Shown: in pieces, positions 49,457 through 58,807 of the stretch
Numbering within the stretch: the stretch's first letter is position 1
How the letters are laid out: each line of letters starts with the position of its first letter
Assembly (NCBI GenBank): GCA_964389655.1
Contig: CAYMED010000017.1
Coordinates: 1 to 60,612, forward strand
Length of the DNA: 60,612 bases
From: an uncultured Candidatus Poseidoniales archaeon
GTDB lineage: Archaea; Thermoplasmatota; Poseidoniia; Poseidoniales; CAYMED01
Direction of reading: 5' to 3'
Program-made: the position numbers and the translations under genes
Notes under the pieces: generated by a model
Databases searched by the model: none
The model's input: the letters and a program-made list of their open reading frames with translations, nothing else
Told to the model about the DNA's origin: nothing

Positions 49457-50826
49457 AGAGGGCGCTTTGCGAGAACTTTCAGTTCAACTGCAATCGGGGT
49501 GGGTAGGGCTCCAACTTCGATCGTCGTTCTAGTAGGGGCAATCGCGCCCAACCTTTTGCCATAGACTTCATTGAATCCAGAGAAATCACGATCCATATCA
49601 ACAAGGAATGCTGTGATATCAACGACATCACCTAAACTGGCACCTGCTGATTCAAGAATGTGTTGCACATTGTCAATGCAAGCATCTGTTTGAGCACGTA
49701 TATCGTAATTTCCAGCACGACCATCTGGGCCCCATCGAGGCCCCCCCGGAATAGTATCTGAACCTGATTGACGAGGACCTACGCCTGAAAGAAGAATTAG
49801 GTCCCCAAAATGGCGAGCATGCGGGTAGGCACCCACAGGTACTGGTGCTGCATCTGAATGGACAACATCTCCATTTTTAGATTCTAAAGAGAGAGGAGGG
49901 TTTTGTTCAGTAGAGTCAGCCTCAGCAAGGACTTCTCGGTCGCCCGACCACACCTCAATTTCATCTTCATCATATTCCTTCATTCCAGTGCCTGCTTCAG
50001 ATGGCCAGAGGCTAACTACTGCGGCGCCAGTTCCGTGAATAGGGGCATAAGCATGGACATGACCTTCATACGAATTAGTAGCGCCACATAACGCCGATAA
50101 GAACCAAGCCGGTTTGAAGTTGACAACTTTGGGAACTCGGACTTGTTTGTGTATCTCTCGTGAGAGTTGTGCTACATCTTCAAGGCGACCATCTGCTAGA
50201 AATTCAAGGATTTTCTGATTCCATTCCTCATCTTTCGCCGAGTGAATGCGGTCATCTATGGCATTGATCGGGTCTGTAAAAAAGCGATTTGAGAGAGACA
50301 TTACAGCAACCCCTACTGCCGTTTTCCCCTGAGATTTCAATGTATCAAGACAAGACTTCGCTAGTACTGTTGTCTCTGCGCGATCAGCATATATGTTCGA
50401 AGAGACGATGACTGCGGGAATCTCCTTGTTAGGAGTCAGTAATTCCAGTGCGATTACAGAACCAGTATCAATTGGAAAGCCATGGTAGTCAACTGTTCGA
50501 GAGATTAAACCCCGGCCTTTTGCAGCAAGATGCCAAGCATGAGCAAAATCAGCATCAATACGGAGCTTGTATGGAACTGAACCGAGTGCGTGGAAGTCTG
50601 GGTCAACGAGTACCCAGTCCGGTTCTGGTCTTGCTTGAATTTGATGGCCAATAATTGAGGGCCACAGGGTGCTGTAAATGATGAGGATATCTGGAGAGGA
50701 AGCATGTATTCTTTCTGCTGCTTCAGCATATCCATCCGCTAGAGATTTCCATCCAGGATTCTCACTGGGACACAAGACAAGATGAGGGTGGGGGGGGGCA
50801 ATAAGGCCACCGAGAATGTTACTCAT
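49453..50826 (-). CDS. amnA: Fusion: 2-aminophenol 1,6-dioxygenase alpha subunit + RidA-family 2-aminomuconate deaminase-like domain
   Basis: YSTLW, VDYHGFPIDTG, DRI..KDEEWN, GTGAAV (alpha subunit); acidic linker; PVGAYPHA, SGVGP, FNEVY, PTRTT, LPTPIAVELK (RidA). Confidence 0.85.
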   Translation of the reverse strand: MSNILGGLIAPPHPHLVLCPSENPGWKSLADGYAEAAERIHASSPDILIIYSTLWPSIIGHQIQARPEPDWVLVDPDFHALGSVPYKLRIDADFAHAWHLAAKGRGLISRTVDYHGFPIDTGSVIALELLTPNKEIPAVIVSSNIYADRAETTVLAKSCLDTLKSQGKTAVGVAVMSLSNRFFTDPINAIDDRIHSAKDEEWNQKILEFLADGRLEDVAQLSREIHKQVRVPKVVNFKPAWFLSALCGATNSYEGHVHAYAPIHGTGAAVVSLWPSEAGTGMKEYDEDEIEVWSGDREVLAEADSTEQNPPLSLESKNGDVVHSDAAPVPVGAYPHARHFGDLILLSGVGPRQSGSDTIPGGPRWGPDGRAGNYDIRAQTDACIDNVQHILESAGASLGDVVDITAFLVDMDRDFSGFNEVYGKRLGAIAPTRTTIEVGALPTPIAVELKVLAKRPL

Positions 50827-51713
50827 TCAGACACCTCAAGGTCCCAACTAACTACTGCATTTCCAGTTCCAATAACCGTCCCATATGCGTGCAGTTCTCC
50901 AGGGATAGTTGGCATCCCCATTGCACCCATCAACCAAGTCATGGCACCTCCATCTGTTTCTGCAACTGCATGGTCTGTAAATTCAGGCATGATATCAACT
51001 ATCTCTTGTGATTTCCCACCTTTGATTAATTCGATCATGCGCATGTCCCAAAGGTATTGATGATGATTATTGATGAATTCATGGCTCATATCCTCAGGTA
51101 TGGGGGGTTCAGTTACAAAATGACGATGCGAAAGGGAATTTGAAGCAAGTAATAATGCTCTTTTACCCGACTTTTGGATGGCCCTAGTCGTTGCACGGCC
51201 TAGAGCCAGCATCTGTTCTTGCATTACTTCAACTGAATAATAGGCTGCCGAGCGAAAACTCGAGAGACAGACGATAGGTATGTCCCACTCTGGATTCACA
51301 AGATGGCAAGAGGTAATAGTCCCATAATCGACGCGAAATTCGGGATTTTTCATCAATTGTGTAACAAGCCCATCAGAACCCGCCTCTGCGTGGATCGATT
51401 CTGCAAGGCCCACATCAACTTCAAGGTCATAGTGAAAGCGAAATAAATTCGGAAAAATCGGATCCACCGAAAGGGATTGAAACCGTTCACAAGCAAGGAT
51501 GTGAGTCCCAACATATGTTTGCCAGTGAGGGGACAAGATTACGATGACATCAATTCCTTTTCCTTCCAATTGCTTTCGAAGACGTTCATACCCCCAGCGG
51601 AGAACTTCCCATCCACATTCTGCTGTAGGTTCATTTTGGGGGGGATTTTCAGCATAAACGAGGTGAGGGGGGTGAGGTGCAAGTGCGCCCATCACAACGC
51701 TACCTTGACCCAC
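50823..51713 (-). CDS. amnB: 2-aminophenol 1,6-dioxygenase beta (catalytic) subunit, LigB superfamily
   Basis: LAPHPPHLVY.ENPPQNEP, GWEVLRW.YER, SPHW, SVDPIFP, FRVDYGTIT, ASN.LSH, PEDMS.E, YGTVIGTGNAV; start GTG 51713 or ATG 51692. Confidence 0.92.
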   Translation of the reverse strand: MGQGSVVMGALAPHPPHLVYAENPPQNEPTAECGWEVLRWGYERLRKQLEGKGIDVIVILSPHWQTYVGTHILACERFQSLSVDPIFPNLFRFHYDLEVDVGLAESIHAEAGSDGLVTQLMKNPEFRVDYGTITSCHLVNPEWDIPIVCLSSFRSAAYYSVEVMQEQMLALGRATTRAIQKSGKRALLLASNSLSHRHFVTEPPIPEDMSHEFINNHHQYLWDMRMIELIKGGKSQEIVDIMPEFTDHAVAETDGGAMTWLMGAMGMPTIPGELHAYGTVIGTGNAVVSWDLEVSE

Positions 51714-51794
51714 ATGAGGGGGTACGCCTTCTATCGATTGAAGTCTTCGGCTACTAGAGATAGGAATGATGTGCAAGCCCGAAGTCGCCCATTT

Positions 51795-52247
51795 ATGGAG
51801 GAGAGCGAAGGGCCTGTGATCCCACCTCCTGTGGAAGTCGGTCGCTTTCGCCCAGTTGCCATTCCATCCCTCATAGGGATTGGTGCTGGAATCACAGCAT
51901 CCATAGCAATCCAGAATGGATTTGCAATCGGCCTCGGCACACTAGATGAACTCATTATTGGTATTTTTCTTTGTGCAGCAGGCCTCTCATTAGCCGCATT
52001 ATGGGAAGTTGGAAGAAGTCGGAGCTGGGAAATTTGGCTCGGTCTCATACCACCATTTGTTTTGCTCTTATCTGCCATTTACGTGATTCCAATATGTGGG
52101 ATCTCATTAGCAGTCACTGTTTGGGCAGGGCTATCTTTGGCATGGGCTGAGCAACGACTTCCCCCCTTCCGGCTCGGAATTTGGTGGGGTATGGGAGGAA
52201 CTTGTGGGGTTATTTCGGGGTCAGTTTTAGCTGCATTGATCACCTAA
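51795..52247 (+). CDS. Hypothetical membrane protein
   Basis: About 5 hydrophobic helices; start ATG 51795. Confidence 0.6.
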   Translation: MEESEGPVIPPPVEVGRFRPVAIPSLIGIGAGITASIAIQNGFAIGLGTLDELIIGIFLCAAGLSLAALWEVGRSRSWEIWLGLIPPFVLLLSAIYVIPICGISLAVTVWAGLSLAWAEQRLPPFRLGIWWGMGGTCGVISGSVLAALIT

Positions 52248-52469
52248 TCAAGTGCCACCCATTTCATCTGCGACGAGAGCTAAAGAGACTTCATGACGAT
52301 GAAATGCCTCGTGACCGGCTAGAAAACCACCCGCCTCGCGTTTGGTACCTAGCATCTCTTCACCACATATTGCACAACATACTCGAACAATCTCAGCTTC
52401 GAGTTCCAATACCCCCTGTCGTTCAACTCGAACAATGGAGCCTTCTGCGATCTCATCATCTAAGGCCAT
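52248..52469 (-). CDS. Small putative Zn-finger protein
   Basis: CCAICG..GHEAFH (C2H2-like); co-directional with the ALDH. Confidence 0.55.
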   Translation of the reverse strand: MALDDEIAEGSIVRVERQGVLELEAEIVRVCCAICGEEMLGTKREAGGFLAGHEAFHRHEVSLALVADEMGGT

Positions 52470-52507
52470 GGACCCGGCGGTTGGACTCTAGAGTTGAAAC
52501 CATCGGA

Positions 52508-53968
52508 TCAAAATTGCTCATCGACTTGACAGATTGAGCGCACTTCGGAAAAGAATTCAAGTGCCCAACGTCCACCTTCTCGCCCCACGCCAGAGGCTTT
52601 TAGTCCTCCAAATGGAACTCGTAAATCTCGTTTCAGCCAGCCATTTATCCAAACGGTCCCAGAATGAAGAGAAATTGCAATTCGATTCGCTTTTTCAATA
52701 TCAGCAGACCAAACCCCCCCTGAAAGACCATATTGGGTTGCATTTGCTATCGAAATTACTTCTTCTTCAGAAGTAAATGGTGCCATGACGACAACGGGCC
52801 CAAATATTTCTTCCATATGGCAGCGATGATCAAGCGGAAGGGAATCAATTACAGTGGGTTCAAGAAAAGAACCCTCGTCAAAGGGTGCAGGAAGACTAGG
52901 TCGAGAGCCACCAGTTAGAATCCTTCCACCTGCTGATTTGGCGAGAGCAATATAATCCTCCACTTTAGCACGATGGTCTTGATTGATAAGGGCGCCAAGT
53001 TGTGTGTTAGAATTCAATGGATCACCAATCTTCATTTTTGAAACACGTTCACTGAATGCTAGAACAAGTAGATCATATGCATTTGATTCAATGAGCAAGC
53101 GGCTCCCGCAAAGGCATATTTGTCCTTGATTAAGGAAACTAGAGCGCACTAAACCATCTAGTGTATTTTCTATGCGCTCCGGTGTACAAGCATCTGCAAA
53201 AACAATGGTGGAATTTTTACCTCCAAGTTCCAAACTGGTTTTGGCAAATCGTCTTGCTGTGGCTGAGGCTACTCTCTTTCCAGTTTCAGTTCCACCAGTA
53301 AATGAAATGGCACCTACATCTTTGTGTTCGGTCAAAGCTTGTCCTGCTTGAGAACCTAACCCATGCACCATATTCAGCACACCTGCTGGCAAGATAGCTG
53401 AGCTTATTTCAGCAAGCAGGTTTGCAGTCATTGGAGTCAGTTCACTGGGTTTACAAACAACGGTATTTCCCATCGCCAAGGCTGGAGCGACTTTCCATGA
53501 AAGGAGGTAAAGCGGGAGATTCCAAGGACTGATCAGACCACAAATACCTACCGGGTCATAGACGGTTCGAGTACTTGCTCCTTCGATTTCAAATACTTGT
53601 CCACTAAATTCCCGTACCTGGTCTGCAAAGAATCGAAAATTTGCAACAGAGCGGGCAGCATCAACACTACGTGCTAGAGCAATTGGCTTTCCAGTATCTC
53701 GAGATTCAAGTTCTGCAATTTCTTCAGATCTATGCTCTAGTGCATCTGCTATTGCTTCAAGCATGTCTGCTCGTTCCGCAGGGGAACAAGCACCCCAACT
53801 TGGTTGAACGGCTTTCGCTTCCTCGACTGCGGCATCCACATCTACCTTTGTTGATGATGGAATTCTAGCAAGAAGATCACCCGTAGCGGGGTTATGATTT
53901 TCGAGCATCTCCCCGCTTTCGGAAGGGGCCCATCGGCCCCCGATGAAGTTGTATAGTTCCCGGCTCAT
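52508..53968 (-). CDS. Aldehyde dehydrogenase, 2-aminomuconate/hydroxymuconate semialdehyde dehydrogenase type (AmnC/ALDH8-like)
   Basis: ISPWNLPLYLLSWKVAPA, KPSELTP, FTGG, LELGGKN, NQGQICLCGSR, EEIFGP, RDLRVPFGG. Confidence 0.85.
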   Translation of the reverse strand: MSRELYNFIGGRWAPSESGEMLENHNPATGDLLARIPSSTKVDVDAAVEEAKAVQPSWGACSPAERADMLEAIADALEHRSEEIAELESRDTGKPIALARSVDAARSVANFRFFADQVREFSGQVFEIEGASTRTVYDPVGICGLISPWNLPLYLLSWKVAPALAMGNTVVCKPSELTPMTANLLAEISSAILPAGVLNMVHGLGSQAGQALTEHKDVGAISFTGGTETGKRVASATARRFAKTSLELGGKNSTIVFADACTPERIENTLDGLVRSSFLNQGQICLCGSRLLIESNAYDLLVLAFSERVSKMKIGDPLNSNTQLGALINQDHRAKVEDYIALAKSAGGRILTGGSRPSLPAPFDEGSFLEPTVIDSLPLDHRCHMEEIFGPVVVMAPFTSEEEVISIANATQYGLSGGVWSADIEKANRIAISLHSGTVWINGWLKRDLRVPFGGLKASGVGREGGRWALEFFSEVRSICQVDEQF

Positions 53969-54047
53969 GACGACTGATGACGCTCTTCGCGTTTCACCGC
54001 TTCGGCTACACGACAAGTTGACGAACATCTTTCCCCTCCCGCACCTT

Positions 54048-55259
54048 ATGAGCGGACGTGAGTTGAGACGCGAAACTGTGGCAATCCATTCTGGACTTGA
54101 GCCAGAAGTGACGACGGGGGCAATTCAGCCACCTATTTTTCAAACATCAACATATGCACAAAGCGGATTTGCTGAGCATAAGGGATACGAATACGCTCGC
54201 ACCTCAAATCCAACTCGAGAAGCACTTGAAACCGCACTCGCAGCGATAGAAGCGCCCGATGAAGAAAGGACTACTGAAGCGATTTGTTTCTCATCAGGCA
54301 TGGCTGCAATAAGCGCAATTGTAGATCTTCTCGATAGTGGGGATTCAATACTAACTGTAGATGACTTATACGGTGGAACGGTTCGATTCCTAAGGGATGT
54401 TGTCTCACGACGCGGGATTACAACACAATATAATCCAATGACTGAAGTCAACCAATGCACAAGCAAAGATGTGCTCGGTGAAGCTGTCAAGTTGTTTGAC
54501 CGCATTGGAACCGCTGCGACTAAAATGCTATGGGTTGAGACACCCACCAACCCACTATTGCGGATACATGACCTAGAAGCACTGTGCAATGCTGCAAAAA
54601 AACGGGGATGGACAACAGTCGTAGATAACACGTTTGCATCACCCATCTTACAGAACCCGCTTTCCTGTGGAGCTGACCTTGTTGTTCATTCAACGACAAA
54701 ATATGTTGGAGGACATTCGGATGTAATTGGTGGCGCTGTCATTACCGCTAATCCGGTGCTCGCTGAAAGAATTCGGTTCCTACAGAAAACAGTGGGGGCA
54801 ATTCCCGGCCCATGGGATTGCTTCCTTCTGCTTCGTGGTTTGCGAACCCTTCCTCTACGAATGGAGCGCCACTGCGAAAATGCATCTGAATTGGCACGGC
54901 GCTTAGAAGCGCATCCGAAAGTAACTTCGGTGATTTATCCGGGCCTCTCTTCCCACCCAGGACACGAAATAGCCACTCGCCAAATGAAAGGTTTTGGTGG
55001 AATGATCTCCGTTGAAGTCGAAGGGGGAGTGGAAGGTGCTCGGCGTTTTGCTAATAAATTGCGAATTTGGACGATTGCTGAGAGTCTTGGAGGGTTTGAA
55101 AGTTTACTCAACCATCCATGGACAATGACACATGCAAGCATTTCTGAAGAACAACGCATCAAGAATGGCCTCAAACCAGGACTTATGCGTTTTTCAGTTG
55201 GACTTGAACATGTGGATGACCTATGGAATGATTTGAATCAGGCCTTGGAGGCAATCTGA
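54048..55259 (+). CDS. Cystathionine gamma-lyase/synthase family PLP enzyme
   Basis: PPIFQTSTY, YARTSNPT, SSGMAA, ETPTNP, DNTFA, HSTTKYVGGHSD, ESLGG. Confidence 0.92.
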   Translation: MSGRELRRETVAIHSGLEPEVTTGAIQPPIFQTSTYAQSGFAEHKGYEYARTSNPTREALETALAAIEAPDEERTTEAICFSSGMAAISAIVDLLDSGDSILTVDDLYGGTVRFLRDVVSRRGITTQYNPMTEVNQCTSKDVLGEAVKLFDRIGTAATKMLWVETPTNPLLRIHDLEALCNAAKKRGWTTVVDNTFASPILQNPLSCGADLVVHSTTKYVGGHSDVIGGAVITANPVLAERIRFLQKTVGAIPGPWDCFLLLRGLRTLPLRMERHCENASELARRLEAHPKVTSVIYPGLSSHPGHEIATRQMKGFGGMISVEVEGGVEGARRFANKLRIWTIAESLGGFESLLNHPWTMTHASISEEQRIKNGLKPGLMRFSVGLEHVDDLWNDLNQALEAI

Positions 55260-56351
55260 TTAAGATCCATCTTTTGAATTCCATTCATCAACGTCGAAGT
55301 CATTCTCACGCAACCAATCATCATCGAAGATTTTGCCAAGGTAAAGCGTTCCTGCGTCTGGAAGAATCGCTACAACTCGTGCAATTTCCCCACGTGAATC
55401 GGATTCCTCTGCCAACTTAACAGCAATTGCAACAGCGCCACCACAAGATCCTCCAACTAACATCCCTTCTTCTCTTGCCAGTCGGCGCGTCCATCGAAAA
55501 CAGACCGCATCATTCACGCGACGAATTTCTGAGATTCGGCTGAAATCTGTAGCTGGAGGTATGAAGTCTTCACCGAATCCTTCAACTTTGTAAGTATGTG
55601 GCACACCTATCTTTCCTTCGTCAAACCACTGTTTGAGAATCGATCCTTCAGGATCAACTCCAACGATCATAGGCATATTCTTGCCATCACGTTTGGACAA
55701 TTCAGCAAACGATTCTGCACAACCTGAAATTGTACCACCAGTCCCCATTGTTGCGACAAAATGTGTAAGTTCTCCACATGTTTGTTGCCAAATTTCAGGA
55801 CCTGTTTGCACAATATGTGCCCTAGGGTTTGCTAGATTGCTATATTGATCAGGGTACCAAGCATTTGGAATGTCACGGGCCAAGCGAGATGCCACCTCGT
55901 AATATGAGCGAGGGTCTTCCTTCTCGACAGCAGTAGGGCAAACTTCGACTTGTGCACCCAATGCGCGCAATTGATTGATTTTGTCTTGGCTCATTTTATC
56001 GGGCATCGTAAATATACAACGATATCCGCGTTGAGCGGCTACCATCGCAAGCCCCATCCCTGTGTTTCCACTTGTTGCCTCGATGATTGTGCCCCCAGGC
56101 TTTAGCAAACCTTCACGTTCTGCTTCCAATACCATTTCAAGTCCAATTCGGTCCTTGATCGAGCCTCCGGGATTGCATCGTTCATATTTCACCCAAACTT
56201 CCGATTTTCTGAGGTGGGCAGTTAGGCGATTTAAGCGGATCAATGGGGTATTGCCAATTGCATCAACAATATCCGGATAGACCCCCACGTCACGACTCCA
56301 AACCATCAAACCGCCTGAAGCACAAGCAGCCCTTGATGGCTTCGTAGACAA
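55260..56351 (-). CDS. cbs: Cystathionine beta-synthase (short form, no regulatory domains) / cysteine synthase family
   Basis: NPGGSIKDR, EATSGNTGMGLA, PDKMS..K, CPT.V..EDPRSY, DQY.N..NP, YKVEG.GEDF. Confidence 0.85.
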   Translation of the reverse strand: MSTKPSRAACASGGLMVWSRDVGVYPDIVDAIGNTPLIRLNRLTAHLRKSEVWVKYERCNPGGSIKDRIGLEMVLEAEREGLLKPGGTIIEATSGNTGMGLAMVAAQRGYRCIFTMPDKMSQDKINQLRALGAQVEVCPTAVEKEDPRSYYEVASRLARDIPNAWYPDQYSNLANPRAHIVQTGPEIWQQTCGELTHFVATMGTGGTISGCAESFAELSKRDGKNMPMIVGVDPEGSILKQWFDEGKIGVPHTYKVEGFGEDFIPPATDFSRISEIRRVNDAVCFRWTRRLAREEGMLVGGSCGGAVAIAVKLAEESDSRGEIARVVAILPDAGTLYLGKIFDDDWLRENDFDVDEWNSKDGS

Positions 56352-56358
56352 TTATGGA

Positions 56359-57498
56359 TTATCTTGGGAGAGCATATTGCTCAACATCCCAAAGCCATCT
56401 GTCCGTATCAGGATCCCATTCATCCCAAGTTGGTATTGATTCAAGGTTCTCAAGAAGACTTTCAGGAACAACTCCTGGAACGATGAAGGCTTTTTGTCGA
56501 TGTGTACGATAGGGGTTACGCAATTCAATGCCAAGTACACCTAGACACGCACGTGCAACATGCCAAGTCGCTTGAGGATTCCATCCATGCGCAATCTTGA
56601 CAACAATGCCAAGCCCTTTGGGAAACTGTGGATGTTGTGCTGAAATACCTAGAAGGCCGTCAGCACCTTCCTTCGCAATTGCAACACCATTTGCTGCTTT
56701 AAGGATCGTCGAGTCTAGGCGGTTGAAGCCGCCAATCAGATCAGGATAAGCAAGCATCGAAGACCAAATCCAATCTTCATCCTTCTCGCACGCTAGCACC
56801 GCAAACAAACGAGCAAGCTCATTCACGCTGTTAGATACGGTTGGCAGGCCACAACCATCACGCGCAACGCGAAGGGGTTTCCAATCCGATCCCAAAGTTC
56901 GACGAAGCACGTCAAGATACGCTGAAAATAACGGATGACTAGGCAATGTATACCCAATCCGAGACCATCCCTTAACTCGACAAGCGGCAAGAATTGCTGC
57001 ATGTTCTCCAGAGCATGTGTGATACCAGCGACGTGGACGGCGTACTTGTCGCCCAAACTGGATCAATGGAACATCCAATGGCGTTCGCATAAGGGATTGT
57101 TCTGATTCATCGAGCAAGGACATGGCTGCTTCAACATGTTCAGTATCACCATTGTGGCTTGACAATGCAATCGCTCGCTGCTCATCACTACAATCTGCGA
57201 GTTCATTGATGAAGATTTTCATCAGAAAAGGCTTCATCATGCTACGCCCATAACAAAGGACATTCCCTCCAAAGGAATGGAAGATTTCATCGCCGTGTGC
57301 CCAAGCCACGGCGCCATGGATCGTTGTTTCAGAAACTCCATTTCTGCGATAATCAACCAATGGTTGCCACTCCACATCGCGACCTGTCGGAATCCCATCG
57401 ACATCCTCCCCAAGTGGTGAAGATGGATACGTCGCACTGCCAGGTCTTCCCGGTGAAACTGCAGATGCGTTCCAAGCATCCCCAAGCCTATTGGCCAT
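56359..57498 (-). CDS. L-asparaginase II (Rhizobium AnsA-type, class 3) family protein
   Basis: RSMMKP, SSHNG, TCSGEH, DGCGLP, AKEGADG. Confidence 0.8.
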   Translation of the reverse strand: MANRLGDAWNASAVSPGRPGSATYPSSPLGEDVDGIPTGRDVEWQPLVDYRRNGVSETTIHGAVAWAHGDEIFHSFGGNVLCYGRSMMKPFLMKIFINELADCSDEQRAIALSSHNGDTEHVEAAMSLLDESEQSLMRTPLDVPLIQFGRQVRRPRRWYHTCSGEHAAILAACRVKGWSRIGYTLPSHPLFSAYLDVLRRTLGSDWKPLRVARDGCGLPTVSNSVNELARLFAVLACEKDEDWIWSSMLAYPDLIGGFNRLDSTILKAANGVAIAKEGADGLLGISAQHPQFPKGLGIVVKIAHGWNPQATWHVARACLGVLGIELRNPYRTHRQKAFIVPGVVPESLLENLESIPTWDEWDPDTDRWLWDVEQYALPR

Positions 57499-57586
57499 GG
57501 CCCTCGGAAATCAACTTCAGGCATGGAGTTGTCGCATTCACAAGTGAACCGTATCTTTCATCATCCAACCACCTAAGGGTTGGGTA

Positions 57587-58792
57587 ATGGTTCACTCAGC
57601 GGAGGATGGCCCGGCACGCACGGCTTGCTATGAGGAACATGTCCGTCTTGGTGCGAGATTGGTGGATTTTCACGGATTCGAATTGCCAATCCAATATGCT
57701 GGCATTACAGCAGAACACAAAGCAACTCGAACTACTGCTGGTTTATTTGATGTATCACACATGGGGTTTTTTCTCATTTCGGGAAAAAATGCACTAAGGT
57801 GGCTCGAGAGATTAGCAACTCAGAACGTTTTGGCGATCGAGGCGGGGAGATGTGCTTATACTCATTTTCTTGATCACCACGGACGCATCATAGATGACAT
57901 GATTTTTGCAGTGACCAATCGAGAAGAAATACTCAATACGGGATTTATGGCGCAAAAGGCCACATCAGAGGTATCGGTATTTGGAGTTCCAAATGCTAGC
58001 ATGATCAATGTCATGTGGTCTTGGTTTCAAACACATTTGCCTAATGATGGCTCAGTCCATATTGAAAACCTTTCTTCAGGAACATCGATTCTAGCCTTGC
58101 AAGGCCCAAATTCAGCGACCATACTCTCTAGAGTTCTCGGGGATGAAAACGTAGTTGCACCATTCCGAGCACAATCGATCAAGGCGAATGATTTGGAAGT
58201 AAAGGGTTGGATACAGGGGACCGGATATACTGGTGAAAGAGGATTTGAAATCATGATTCAGAATAATCAGGCACCTATTTTATGGCGGGCTCTGATGGAA
58301 GATGGAGCCGTAGACGGATTACATCCTGTTGGTCTTGGTGCACGAGATACACTCAGGTTAGAGAAAGGATATCTTCTATCAGGCCAGGATTTTGTCTGGC
58401 CAGAACTGGCAATTGAATACAAAGGAATGGTGCCGGCAGAGCAACTGGGAATTTCTACTTGGCAAGCAAATATTCCATTTGGGTTGGATTTGGGCCATGA
58501 ATTCATTGGCCGTGATGCACTATTGGCAGATCGTGATGCCAATGCGAGGCGGTTGTGGGGGCTAAAGGCAATCGAGAGGGGAGCGCCTCCTCGTGCAGGA
58601 CATGCAATACGATCTCTAGATGGTGAAAATGAGATTGGAATTGTTACAAGTGGTGCACCTGCGCCTTCTCTGAATTCTACCGGGATTGCTCTGGCTCTTC
58701 TCGACCATGCAGAAATTGGAGATCGAGTTCAAATCGTCTCATCGCCACGACGACCTGTGGTTGCAGAAGTTGTTTCACCTCCTTTTTTGTAA
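57587..58792 (+). CDS. gcvT: Glycine cleavage system T protein (aminomethyltransferase)
   Basis: LVDFHGFELPIQY, EH..TR..AGLFDVSHMG, LALQGP, TGYTGE.GFE, GLGARDTLRLEKG. Confidence 0.92.
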   Translation: MVHSAEDGPARTACYEEHVRLGARLVDFHGFELPIQYAGITAEHKATRTTAGLFDVSHMGFFLISGKNALRWLERLATQNVLAIEAGRCAYTHFLDHHGRIIDDMIFAVTNREEILNTGFMAQKATSEVSVFGVPNASMINVMWSWFQTHLPNDGSVHIENLSSGTSILALQGPNSATILSRVLGDENVVAPFRAQSIKANDLEVKGWIQGTGYTGERGFEIMIQNNQAPILWRALMEDGAVDGLHPVGLGARDTLRLEKGYLLSGQDFVWPELAIEYKGMVPAEQLGISTWQANIPFGLDLGHEFIGRDALLADRDANARRLWGLKAIERGAPPRAGHAIRSLDGENEIGIVTSGAPAPSLNSTGIALALLDHAEIGDRVQIVSSPRRPVVAEVVSPPFL

Positions 58793-58807
58793 TTGAATTA
58801 TTTGTAG

